Shown in pieces: positions 20,511 through 34,962 of a stretch of DNA of 64,000 nt. Numbering within the stretch: the stretch's first letter is position 1; every line of letters begins with the position of its first letter. This stretch comes from the human T2T-CHM13v2.0 reference genome, Homo sapiens: the NCBI RefSeq assembly GCF_009914755.1, contig NC_060945.1; one strand, given 5' to 3'. The position numbers and the translations under genes were made by a program. A model generated the notes under the pieces. It made no database searches. It worked only from the letters and a program-made list of their open reading frames with translations, and was not told the origin of the DNA.

Positions 20511-21139
20511 GGATATGATCATGAAAATGGATGGTTGAGCTTGTTGTTGTTACTGCAAGAAAAAAACAAACAGAATTTGAAGGCAAACTTGTTGAAATGA
20601 TCATTTTTGTAGCTACTCAGATCACTAATAATTAAGAGTGATGGAGAGAGACAAGCCACAAACTAAATCACTGAGAAACCCAAAAGAACAACCTTGATGG
20701 ATGACAATGACGGAAGAGGTACTGAACTCATGTCATCTGGTGACATAAGAGTCAAGGTTGAGAGTCTTTAGGGAACAAAAAGGGAGAGGTCTGGACATAG
20801 AATTGAGGAGCAGAGAACACCTACATCAACTCCAGACCGACTAGGTCTGTGGAAGAGGAAGAAGCCACAAGTTGAGAGCTGTAGGGAAAATGCTAAGGTG
20901 GGAACAGGCTTCCTGCACCTCAAAAGGTAAAGAGATTATTAGCAGGAGAGGAGTGAGGGAAGAGAAGGGAACAGGACACATGCAGAGCGTTATAATGCTT
21001 ACAGTGTGAAGGTAAAGGGTGGCTTGGGAATTGGGAGGCCTAAGGAAAACACAAGATTGAGTCTTGAAAACAGTACCGGAGGGTTTTGGTGAAACCCTCA
21101 GTGTGGGGTTGGGCATAGGAAGGCATGGCCAACTCACAC

Positions 21140-21795
21140 TTCTTTTTCTTAAACAGCTTTACCAAGGTATAATTTATATATGGTACAATTCATCCATTTA
21201 AAGTGTACAATTCAATGGGTTTTTGTATATTCACAAAATTGTGCAACCATTACCACAACCTAATTTTTGAACATTTTAATCACCCAAAAAAGAAACCCTC
21301 AACCTATTTACAGTCACTTCCCATTGCCCTTCCCCATCTCCCCATTTCCAACCCTAATCTATCTTTTGTTCCTATAGATTTGCCCTTTCTGCACACATCT
21401 TATTAAATGGAATCACACAGCATTAGTAATTTGTATTGGTTTCATTCACTTAGCATCATGTTTTCAAGGTTTGTAGCATGTATCAGAAGTTCATTTTCTA
21501 ATTACCAAATAATAATCAATTTTATGGATGTAATATACTTTCATTTTCCATTGATAGGTCAAAGTTGTTTCCTGAATAGCCCTTTGCACTATTATGAACC
21601 ATGGTGAAATGGACATTTGTGCACAGATTTTCTTGTGGATTTAAGTTTTTAATTTTGTGTGTGAGGGGGCATATATCTAGGACTGGAATTGCTGGGTCAT
21701 GTGGTAACTCTGTGTTAAACATTCTGCAGAACTGCCAATCTGCACTCCAATGTGACCACTCATTTTACATTCCCACCAGCAATGTATGAAGGTCC
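21140..21795 (-). mobile_element. Old L1 3' end (L1MB-like)
   Basis: aacagcttta...aagtgtacaattcaatg...ggaattgctgggtcatgtggtaactc...cattcccaccagcaatgtatga. Confidence 0.85.
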
Positions 21796-22667
21796 AGCAC
21801 TCACTCCTCCCTGACCCCTGCTAATGAAGGCAAAAATGCCCAGAAAGCCATGTCTTAACTCATATTGTGGCTCCCCTCATGATCACTGAAATTGACAACC
21901 TAGGCATGATCTTCACCGCAATGCCTGAGTTTACTTTTGATCCTTACAGGGAGGAAGAGGGCTGATATCAAGTGCAAGAGCTCATCTTGTCTCCTATGAA
22001 TGAGGATGAGACTTCAGAGCAGCCCATTGTAACACAGCAGATGCCTACCCTACTTTCAAAGCCCATTAATGCGGGCCAGGCAACACAGGTTTGTAATAAA
22101 TAAACACTTCAAATATTTACAGTAACTTTGCAAAGATAGATATGTCTAATCCTGCTTTATAGAAAAGGAATATGGGGTTTAAGATGTTTTGAACAATTTG
22201 CCCAATGTCACACTGATTGTAAGCACTGGTTAATTCTACAATCATTTGTACAATGCAAATCAGCACAAACATCACCTTGAAAGCAGGGTTGCAGTTTATA
22301 AGACCTGAATAGTCCTCAATAGCTTTAATTGTTTGTGTTTAGGAGTTATTCTAAGAATTATGGTTTTAATTGGCCCACGCAAGTGAAAAATGTGGAAAAG
22401 CATTCTACTAAGGTATTGCTAAGTGCTATTAAATAAGGATGACTTAAATAATGGGAATAAGATAAATGTATTATATTCTTAGTCATAGTGAGGAACCATA
22501 TTTCAAATGACTTCTTTTGGTAAGTGATTATTTAATGCGGTTTTACATAATGACATAAGAAAGAGAGTTATAGGATTAATAGCAAAAATAAGTGTGAAAA
22601 TGATTTCTAAATTGTAATTCATCTTTCTTCAAAAGGCTATAAATTAAATTAGTGTGGAATCCTTATC

Positions 22668-22793
22668 TAATATTAATCTTTACTTTGAAGATTGGATAAC
22701 AGCTGCTTGGGTAACAGGTGCACCAAAATCTCAGAAATCACCACTAAATAACTTATCCATGTAACCAAAATAATATTAATCTTTACTTTGAAG
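22668..22793 (+). other. Locally templated insertion flanked by a 23-bp direct repeat
   Basis: taatattaatctttactttgaag at 22668-22690 and 22771-22793; 22703-22770 is identical to 24354-24421. Confidence 0.93.
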
Positions 22794-22856
22794 GTAAACT
22801 GCATTGTTCTCCTTAATGTATAAAAAGGGTTCTAAATATGAAAAATGTTAACTCTA

Positions 22857-23139
<283 letters not shown>

Positions 23140-23991
23140 GAAAAATGTTAACTCTGTATGCATTATGTTTCATAAGTCTTGGAAAAGTTGTTTCATTTTC
23201 ACTTAAAAGGAGCTACTCAAAACATTAGAAATAACTTTTTAAATAGCTTAAAATAAGGTATTGAATATGTAAATAATGCACATTGATACAATATCATGCA
23301 AAGCTGCTACAGGTTATAATGTAGAATTGTATTAAATGACAGGAAACTTGTCAACAATAAGCTATTAAGTGAAAAGTAGAAGCAGGTTACACAATGCCTG
23401 ATTCTAAGTTTGAGAAAGACAAACTGATAAATAGAGGCATCTTGATCTAAAATACATCTTAACAAAATGCACCAACATCTTAGAATAGTTCCCTTCGAAT
23501 ATTGGAATGAAGCCTGCTTAGTATTTTTTTCCTTTTTGTAGCTCAGTAATTTCTGTTTTCAACAGTAAAGTAGATATTACTTTTGTAATGATAAAATAAT
23601 TTTTAAAAGATCTGAGATCCCAAATTTTGCCATATGCTAGTCAGTAGTTTCTGTTTATTCTTCTACTGTTACAACAATACTTTGCTTTGTACAGTTAATA
23701 TTAGAGGGCAAAAACTATCTGTAAAAAAATTTTCTTCACCTGTATCAATGTTTAATGAGTAAAATTAAACAAAATTGGAATTGATAAAATGTATTTTTTT
23801 ATTTTACAAAAATATAGAACGTAGTTTTTAAATGAATGATATATCTTGAGTTCATGGTTATAATACAAAATGACTTATTTTTATCGACCATCCGGTTTGT
23901 AAAAAATGAATTGCACCACAGTTTTATAGCGAGAGCAATACGCTTCTTTCTCTTGAAGAAAAATGGGCGGTGACACACTTTTGTGATCCAA

Positions 23992-24010
23992 GCCTGCCCC
24001 CTGGTGACCA
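23992..24010 (-). promoter_or_regulatory. Candidate CTCF binding motif
   Basis: Minus strand reads TGGTCACCAGGGGGCAGGC versus consensus TGGCCACCAGGGGGCGCTA, inside a locally GC/CpG-richer non-repeat patch. Confidence 0.6.
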
Positions 24011-24257
24011 ACTGGTCACCACGAGGCTGCAGACTATGAGGCAGGCAGCGCCCTCTTTAAAGCTGTTCAGAAGTAACCTCGAAAAGAAAACGTGGCATTA
24101 CTGGAGGTACATTTCCCTGTAATGCCCCAGGCATCTCCATCAGTGTCTCAACATCATCAAGTGCGGGAAAGATAGCATTAAAAAGTTATAAAATAAAAAA
24201 GTCATTTTCGTACTGTCTTGACGTGCACACCGTGATGTTGAGACAGACACTGATGGA

Positions 24258-24470
24258 GAAGCATAAGAATGATGTAATGGTCTTTGCAGACTCAGGGAAC
24301 AAGAGTGGGAGGGGGGTGAGGGATAAAAGACTGCACATTGGGTACAGTGTACACTGCTTGGGTAACAGGTGCACCAAAATCTCAGAAATCACCACTAAAT
24401 AACTTATCCATGTAACCAAAAACCACCTTACCCCACAAAACCATGGAAATAAAAATTAAAATTAAAAAGT
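24258..24470 (+). mobile_element. Short L1PB-like 3' end
   Basis: gcataagaatgat...gagggataaaagact...caccaaaatctcagaaatcaccactaaa followed by an A-rich tail. Confidence 0.85.
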
Positions 24471-25468
24471 AATATCTCGAGGTATAACAGGAATGTACAA
24501 ACTGAAACGACAGGGTTAATTCTCAACACATTCTTCTGCTCTTTCCTAAAGGGAAAAAAATAACACAGATGTGGCAAATTTGAAGGAGGATCTCTAATAG
24601 GAAATAATCTGATGAAATTTATTCACCAGGTGCTGAGAAAATTGTATTTAAGCATCCATGTTAAAGTCTAACGGATCATGAACACTAAGTGAAATATATA
24701 AAGTATCAGTCTATTTCTAATATGAATCTACACTTTTTTGTCTCTAATTCTGAGAGAAAGAATAATTAGAAGGGGAATTCAAAGAGGAAACACGAAGAGA
24801 GCTTCAAGAGTAAGAGCTGCTTTGCCAGAAAGCAGTGACACAGTCATCAGTCCTTTTCTTTGGGGAAAGTACAGTCACCAATGCTACCTGTTATTTTGTT
24901 AAAACAAGACTGCACTTTTCTCCCTCTATAAAAGGCAGTACTGATCCTGGCATCATAATGAAGCCATAAGGCCATTTGGTAAAATGTGATGCTTCCAGGG
25001 TCTCCATTTAGGTGGTTCAAAATTGGACTCAAAAACACCACCACCACCCTAAGGGGACGAAAGAAACAATAACTGGTCCACATTGACATCACTTCTGTCT
25101 TTTACAGTGGCTTTAAATGTATGTATGAATGTCAACATTCTTGATATAATTTTATCTTTTTCTTAGACATGGAAACCAGAGTCTTAAATTGCGTTACAAA
25201 GTTCTTCAACCACTATTACTATTACTTTAAAAAAAATATGCCATAGGAAACTTGAGGTCAGGTGAGACAGTTAATCATTAAGATTTGATTTGGGACTCTT
25301 AAAAGTCTTTAATGAAAGGCCTGGGTGTTCATAATATATCAAAAATTTGGAGAAGCAAGATCTGAAGTTAGAACATCAGAAAACCAGAATTAGAATCATG
25401 AGAAAACCTCCATGAAATTTTTCCTTCATTGTCTTGAGAATTTTAGCACTTGTCGTTGTGGAAATGCC

Positions 25469-25746
<278 letters not shown>

Positions 25747-26159
25747 CTACTGCTTATACCCAGGACCTTTATTAGTGAGATCAACAAAATATCTTATTTG
25801 TTACTACAGTTCACACACAGGATCTTTATAAACTACACATTATGCTAAAAAAAGAGACTAAACCAACAGTTTATGTAAAATCAAGCGGTATGTAGGATAT
25901 AAATGGATTTTGACATTGACAGCATTGAAAATAAGAAGCAATTCAATGAATGTTAGGATTAAAAGGAATACACATTTTTCAGCCCTCATTCTTTAATTTA
26001 CATATAAAGAAATAGGCCCTCAAAATGTGGCCAATTTCCAGTCATGTAGACAGACACAGAGAAAAATGAAATGAATATTCAGATGTAAACCCTCCTTCAT
26101 CTGCACCCATTCTGTTCTCATCTCCTTCCTCTATCTGTACACTGAACCTATCCTTTCTC

Positions 26160-27415
26160 TAGGTCGTACGTGTCTTGATTTTTCCCCCTCCTTTACCTTG
26201 TACAAGATTCTTTTCCATCAGCATTTGAATATATCCAAGTCTCTGTATCTAAAACGAAAATGAAATGGTCTCTCTGTCCAACACACACACACTCTCTTCC
26301 AGGCACTGCCCTACCTTCCTGACCTCTTTGCTGCCAAGTATCTTGAAAAAAAAGTCCCACGTGCTAGTCTTGATGGTTTCACCTCCTACCTGCCTCATTA
26401 TAATAAAATATGTACCCTTCCGCATGGCTTCTCCCTAGAGCTCACCAATGACTGGTGACCTACTGAATCCGGAAGAAGGGTTTCAGTTGTTCACTCCCTT
26501 CTCATACCATCAATATCCAACATTATTGGACTATTAGCTGTGCCCTTTCAAAGCACTCATCCTTTTACTTTCAGCCTCTCTGTCTTTTTGCGGGTTTGTC
26601 TTTGTTTTTTGCTGTTGTTTTGTTGGTTTGTTTGTTATTTGTCTTACTGGCTACTCATTTTCCATCTCATTCTCCTTCTAACATAGAACATTAACAGCTA
26701 GGTTTTTCAAGGCTTGGCCCTGGGCTCCCTTTTCTTCTTCTTCTAAGTTCTCTGTCTGGCAAGCTCAATTGTACACATGGCTTTTATTACAAACCACATA
26801 CTAGTAATTTCCAAGTTCACATCCACCTCTCAGACCTCTCCTCCGAGCACCAGGCATGTTACTCAAACTGCTCAGTTGACATCTCCACTTTTAATAGCTA
26901 TCTTTCACGGAAAATCCGTTAATAGAGTCACATTGTTTTATGGTTAAGGAACAGAACCTTTCCATATGGCCTGCAAGGCCGTGCATAATTTGGGGCCCTA
27001 ACCTCAGAGGACTTACTATGCCCTAGGATTACTCCATGCCCCACTTAAATTAGCTTTCTTTTACCATATTTCTTTCATTCAGAAGAACTCTGCTATCTGT
27101 TCCCATGTGCTAAAAACCTCTTTTCTTTATCTCCCATTCTCTTTTCTCCAAGGTAAATTCCTACTTTAGTTCTCATTCTAATGTCACATTTTTAGGAAAG
27201 CTTTGTTAGACTCATCAGACAGAGTTATAAACTATTGGGTAACTACTCTTCCTAGCACCTATTATAGCTTTAGTTACATGTTTATTTGTTTGATCAGTGT
27301 CTCCATTAGTCTGTAAGTACCATGAAGGTAGAGACTATTTTCTTCTTATACATCATTGTGACCAAACAGTAAACAGGAGGTCTCACACTCAAGAAATACT
27401 TACTGAATACATTAA
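26160..27415 (+). mobile_element. Degenerate LINE-2
   Basis: C/T-rich L2 body motifs ending in ctgtaagtaccatgaaggtagagact...aaatacttactgaat. Confidence 0.7.
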
Positions 27416-27709
27416 AATGGAGTTTTATCTTTTATTATTCAGATGTGAATATTTGACACAGATATGTAGGTCCTGGTAAAAAAGGCATTGGTGATGGCTC
27501 AGATTCTCATGGACTCCAGGCCAACAAACTGTTAGTTATATTCTTAGCTGATAGAGAGAAGTGCTTGGCTCATGGCATGAGTTCAATAACTTGCTAAATG
27601 ATTAACAAGAGAAGGTAGTAATCACAGACAAAATAGGCTATTTAATTTATCTTGTTCCATAAAAATGTTCCATAAAATTTTAGGGATTATAAAAGATTCA
27701 ACAAGTAAG

Positions 27710-27985
27710 TGTGGCTATTTCAGACAAGAAAGAAACAAAAAAAAATGTGTTGGCAAGAACATAGAGAAATCGGAACCCTCGTTCGTTGGTGATGGGAATG
27801 TAAAATGATGCAACCACTGTAGGAAACAGTATGATGCTCTCTCAGTCAGTTAAACAGAGAATTACCATATGATCCAGCAATTCTACTTCTAAGTATACGC
27901 CTCAAAGAATTGAAAACACATCCCCCGCGCCACCCGCCCCTCCACAGAGAGTGGAATATTATTCATCCTCGAAAAGGAATGGAAA
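27710..27985 (+). mobile_element. Old L1 (L1M) fragment
   Basis: tgttggcaag...gggaatgtaaaatg...accatatgatccagcaattctacttct. Confidence 0.75.
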
Positions 27986-28157
27986 GCTCCCATTTATACA
28001 TTTATTTATTTCAGAGTGTATTGTAGATTCCTATTTCATTCAAGAGGGTGTAATTAAGATACCATGAATTTCCCCAGATTTGGCCAGTGGGAGCCCCTTC
28101 AAGCTGGGCTCTGTGCCTTTATAACACATCTCCACCATTCTTTGAGTACTTCATTTA

Positions 28158-28239
28158 TCTTCATGCCTTCTTGTACTTTTTTCTTCATGCCTTGTACATT
28201 TCTTCATGTCTTCTTGTACATTTTTCCTCATGGCTTCAT
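28158..28239. repeat. Short tandem repeat of 20-24 bp, about 4 copies
   Basis: Variants of tcttcatgccttcttgtacattt. Confidence 0.8.
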
Positions 28240-30030
28240 CTAGGTTTTAAGCCCCACATGCATTAGCTATATGTCCTAATGCTCTCCCTCCCCTCTCCCC
28301 ACCTCTGACTGGCCCTGGTGTGTGTTGTTCTTCTCCCTGTGTGCATTATGTTCTTATTGTTCAACTCCCACTTATGAGTGAGAACATGCAATTGGTTTTC
28401 TGTTTCTGTGTTAGTTTGCTGAGGCTGATGGCTTCCAGCTTCATCCATGTCCCCACAGAGGACAGGATCTCATTCCTTTTTATGGCTGCATAGTATTCCA
28501 TAGTGTATATGTGCCACGTTTTCTTTATTCTGTCTATCATTGATGGGCATTTGGTTTGGTTCCAAGTCTTTGCTATTGTAAATAGTGCTGGAATAAACTT
28601 ATGTGTGCATGTGTCCTTATAGTAGAATGATTTACATTCCTTTGGGTATATACCCAGCAATGGGATTGCTGGGTCAAATGGTATTTCTGGCTCTAGATTC
28701 TTAAGGAATCACCATGCTGTCTTCCACAATGGTTGAACTAATTTACATTTCCATCAACAGTAGAAAAGTGTTCCAATTTCTCCACAGCCTCACCAGCGTC
28801 TATTGTTTCTTGACTTTTAAAAATCACCATTCTGACTGGCGTGGGATGGTATCTTGAGGTTTTCCTTGGCATTTCTCTAATGATAAATTATGTTGAGCTT
28901 TTTAAAATATGTTTGTTGGCTGCATAAATGTCTTCTTTTGAGAAGTGTCTGTTCATATCCTTTGTCCACTTTTTGATGGGTTTGTTTGTTTTTTGTTGTA
29001 AATTTGTTTAAGTTCCTTGTAGTTTATGGATATTAGACCTTTGTCAGATGGGTAGATTGCAAAATTTTTCTCCCATTCTGTAGGTTACCTGTTCATTCTA
29101 AGAGTTTCTTTTGCTGTGAAGAAGCTCTTTGGTTAGATCCCATTTGTCAATTTTGGCTTTTGTTGCAATTGCTTTTGGCATTTTCATCATGAAATCTTTG
29201 CCCTTGCCTATGTCCTGAATGGTATTGCCTAAGATTTCTTCTAGGGTTTTTAGGGTTTGGGGTTTTACATTTAAGTCTTTAATCCATCTTGAGTTAATTT
29301 TTGTATAACATTTAAGGAAGGGGTCCAGTTTCAGTTTTCTGCATGTAGCTAGCCACTTTTCCCAGGACCATTTATTAAATAGGGAATCCTTTCCTCATTG
29401 CTGGTTTTTGTCAGGTTTGTCAAAGATCAGATGGTTGTAGATGAGTGGTGTTATTTCTGAGGTCTCTGTTCTGTTCCATTTGTCTATATGTTTGTTTTGG
29501 TACCAGTATCATGCTGCTTTGGTTACTGTAGCCTTGTAGTATAGTATAAAGTCAGGTAGTGTGATGCAGTGGTTTGTAGTTCTCCTTGAAAAGGTCCTTC
29601 ACATCCCTTGTTAGCTGTATTCCTAGGTATTTTGGTCTCTATGTAGCAATTGTGAATGAGATTTTATTCATTACTTTGCTCTCTGCTTGTCTATTGTTTG
29701 TGTATAAGAATGCTTGAGATTTTTGCACATTGATTTGGATAATTTTTAACATGAAACGATGTTGAATTTAATCAAAGGCCTTAGCTGCATCTATTGAGAT
29801 AATCATATGGTTTTTGTCATTGATTCTGTTTATGTGATGAATTATGTTTATTGATTTGCATATGTTGAATCAGCCTTGCATTCCAGGGATGAAGCCAACT
29901 TGATTGTGGTGGATAAACTTTTTGATATGATGCTGGATTCGGTTTGCCAGTATTTTATTGAGGATATTTGCATTGATGTTCATCAGGGATATAGGCCTAA
30001 AGTTTTCTTTGATTATTGTGTCTCTGCCCT
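28237..30030 (-). mobile_element. L1PA8-like element lacking its 3' tail and carrying two internal deletions
   Basis: ctaggttttaagccccacatgcattag 3'UTR motif; antisense ORF2; jumps at about 29566 and 29740. Confidence 0.85.
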
Positions 30031-33000
30031 TGTATTTGCCTCAATGTTTTCTTATAACAATTTCATGGTTTGAGGTCTTAGACTTAAGTTTTTAATCCAT
30101 TTTAATTGGATTATGGTATATGGTGAGAGATAGGGATCAAGTTTCATTCATCTGCATATGGATATTCAGTTTTCCCTGCACAATTTATTGAAGAAGCTGT
30201 CCTTTCTCCAGTACATGCTCTTGGGAACTTGTCAAAAATGAGTTCCCTGTAGGTGTGCGGATTTGTTTCTGGGTTCTCTAATCTGTTCCATATAGGTCTA
30301 TGTGTCTGTTTTTATGCCAGTGCCATGTTGTTTTGGTTATTATAGCTCTGTAGTAGAATTAAAAGACAGGTAACGTGATTCCTACAGTTTTGTTCTTTTT
30401 GCTTAGACTGTCTTTGGCTATTCTGGGTCTTTTGCGGTTCCATAAATTTTAGGATTGTTTTTTCTATTTCTGTGAAGAATGTCACTGGTATTTTGATAGA
30501 AATTGCACTTAATCTGTAGATTGCTTTGAAAAGTATGAACATTTTTACAATATTGATCCTTCCAATTAATGAATATGGAATATTTCTCCATTTTTTGGTG
30601 TACTCTTCTATTTATTTCATAAGCATTTTATAGTTTACATATAGAGATCTTTCACTTGTTTGATTAAGTTAATTGCTAGGCATTTAATTTTTTGTGAGGT
30701 TATTGTAAATGGGATTACATTTTTTATTTCTCTTTTTCAGACTGTTCACACTGGCATATAGAAATGCTAATGATTTCTGTATGTTCATTTTTTATTCTGA
30801 AACTTTACTGAATTTATCAGTTCTAATAGTTTTCTTGTGTAGCTTTTGGATTTTTCTAAATATAAGATTATGCCATCTTCAAACCAGGATAATTTGACTT
30901 TTTCCTTTTCAATTTTGATGCCCTTTATATTTTTTCTTGTCTGATTGCTCTAGCTAATATTTCCAGTGCTATGTTGAATAACAGTGGTGAAAGTGGTCAT
31001 CCCTGTCATGTTCCGGATCTTAGAAGAAAGGCTTTCAGTTTTACCCCATTCTATATGATACCATCTTTGGGTCTGTCATAAATGGCTTTTTTTTATGTTG
31101 AGGTATGCTCCTTCTATACCCTCTGTTTTGAGGGGTTTTATCATGAAGGGATGTTGAATTTTATTAAATGCTTTTTGTCAGCATCAAGTGAAATGCTCAT
31201 ACAGTTTTTATCCTTCATTCTGTTGATATGATGTAACACATTTATTGATGTGCATATCTCGAACCATCCTTGAATCCCACTTCATCATAATGAATAATCT
31301 TTCTAATGTATTGTTAAATTTGGTTTGCTGGTATTTTTGAGGATTTTTGCATCAATACTTGTCAGAAGCATTGTTAGCATGTAGTTTTCTTTGGTGATGT
31401 GTCTTTGTCTGGTTTTGGTATCAGGTTAATACTGGCCTCATACAATGAGTTTGGAAGTGTTCCCTCCTCTATTTTTCAGAATAGTTTGAGTAGAATTGGT
31501 ATTAGTTTGTCTTTAAATGTCTGCTAGAATTAAACAGTGAATCCCTCAGGTCCCGGGCTTTTCCTTACCAAGAGACTTTTTATTATAGCTTTAATTTTGC
31601 TACTTGTTATTGGTCTGTTCAGAATTTTTATTTCTTTCTGGTTCAATCTTGGTAGATTGTATTTGTCTAGGAATTTGTCTATTTCTTCTAGATATTCCAA
31701 TTTATTTGCATGTAGTTGCTCATAGTAGGCACTAATGATCCTTTGAAATTCTGCAATATCAGTTGTAATGTCTCCTTTTTCATTCCTGATTTTATTATTT
31801 GGATATTTTGTCTTTTTTTCTTAGCCTGGTTAAAGATTTGTCAAGTTTGTTTAACATGTAAAAACACCCAACTTTTTGTTTCATTGATTCTTTGTATTTT
31901 TTTATTTTAATTTCATTTATTTTTGCTCTACTCTTTATTATTTCTACTTTTCTCTTAATTTTTTGTTTGGTTTGCTCTTGCTTTCCTAGTTCTTTAGGGT
32001 GCATTGTAGGATTCTTTATTTGAAGTTATTCTCCTTTTCTGAGGTAGGCACTTATTGCTATAAACTTCCATCTGAGTGCTGCTTTTGCTGTATCCCATAG
32101 GTTTTGGTATGTTGTTTTTCCGTATTCATTTGTTTCAAGATTTTTTTTAAATTTCCTTCTTAACTTCTTTATTGACCCACTGGTCATTCAGGAGCATATT
32201 GTTTAATTTCCGTGAATTTGTAGAGTTTTCAGAATTCCTCCTGTTATTAATCTCTAGTTTTATTCCATTGTTGTTAGATAAGATGCTTGCTATTATTTCA
32301 TTTTTTGCATGTTTTAAGACTTGTTATGTGACCTTACATATAGTCTATCCTTGAGAATAATCCATGTGCTGAGGAAAAGAATGTGTATTCTGCAACTGTT
32401 GGATGAAATGTTCTGTAAATATCTACTAGATCCATTTGGTCTACAGTGCAGATTCAGTTCTATGTTTCTTTGTTGATTTTCTGTCTGGAAGATCTGTTCA
32501 ATGCTAAAAGTGGGGTGTTCAAATCTCCAGCTATTATTGTATTGAGGCCTATCTTTCTCTTTATCTCTAATAATATTTGCTTTTATATTATATCAGGATG
32601 CTCCAGTGTTGGGGACATATATATTAAAAACTGTTATATCTCCTTGCTGAATTGACTTATCATTATGTAGTGAACTCATTTATTTCTTCTTATAGTTTTG
32701 GTCTTGAAATCTATTTGTCTGATATAAGTATAATGACTCCTCCCCTTTTTGGTTTCCATTGTCATGGAATATCTGTTTTCATCCCTTTGTTTTCAGTCTA
32801 TGTGTATCTTTATAAGTGAAATATGTTGCTTGTAGGCATCAGATTTATGGGGCTTTTCATCCATTCAGCCAGTCTATGTCTTGATTGGAGTGTTTTGTCC
32901 ATTTATATTCAATGTAATTATTGATAAGTAAAGACTTACTCCTGTCATTTTGTTATTTGTTTTCAGGTTGTTTTGTGGTTTTCTCTTCCTTCCTTCTTTC

Positions 33001-33570
33001 CTGCATGTCTTTCTAGAGTGAAGGTGATTTTTTCCAGTGATATTTGGTTTCTTGCTTTTCAATTTTTGAAGATTCATTGTATGATTTTTGATTTGAGGTT
33101 ACCATGAGGCTTGCAAATACTATCTTATAACCCATGATTTTAACTTGATAACAACTTAACACTGTTTGCATAAACAAATAAACAAAAACTAATAAAAATA
33201 CTACATCTTAATTTTGTCTCCAGACTTTTAAACATTTTCTGGTTTCTATTTATATCTTATCTTTCTGTGTATGTCTGGAAAGGTTGTTGTATTTATTAGT
33301 TTTGACTGGCTCATCATTTGGTCTTTCTACTTAAGAATAGTTTACACACTACAGTTACAGTGGTATAATAGTCTGTGGTTTTTTTGTGTGTGTACTTACT
33401 GTTATCAGTGAGTTTCATACCTTCAAGTGATTTCTTATATCTCATTACCTTCTTTTTTCTTTCTGATTAAAGTACTCTCTTTAGCATTTCTTGTAGAACA
33501 GGTATGGTGTTGATGAAATCCCTCAGCTTTTGTTTGGAGAAGTATTTCTCTTTAATGTTTTAAGGATATG
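30031..33570 (-). mobile_element. Older L1 (L1MA/L1PB-type) ORF2 body
   Basis: Continuous antisense ORF2-like sequence; the ORF track shows fragments such as [29 protein letters not shown]. Confidence 0.87.
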
Positions 33571-33853
33571 GCAAAGTATTTTGAGGCAACTTAATGAAAA
33601 ATAAAATCGTGACTAATATATAGAAAATTTTTACTTCCTTTTAAAGCCTTCTTAATACACTCAAGTCAAATTTAGACACTTGATGACTGACTTTCAGATT
33701 TCCATTTTGGTTCTCCATGTACCTCTGCTGTGAATAAGAAAATAACAATCCTATAATCCCCCAGTATTCTCCTTTATCTTATTTGAATCCTTAAATCACC
33801 AAGAAAAAGAGTACCTTTAAATGGCTTCCTCTTCAGTGTAAAAGAGGTAAATG

Positions 33854-34962
<1,109 letters not shown>

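Noticed and set aside
29560-29750. L1 internal deletions as products of RNA splicing
   Set aside because: The breakpoints lack convincing donor consensus on the L1 sense strand; microhomology-mediated deletion fits better.
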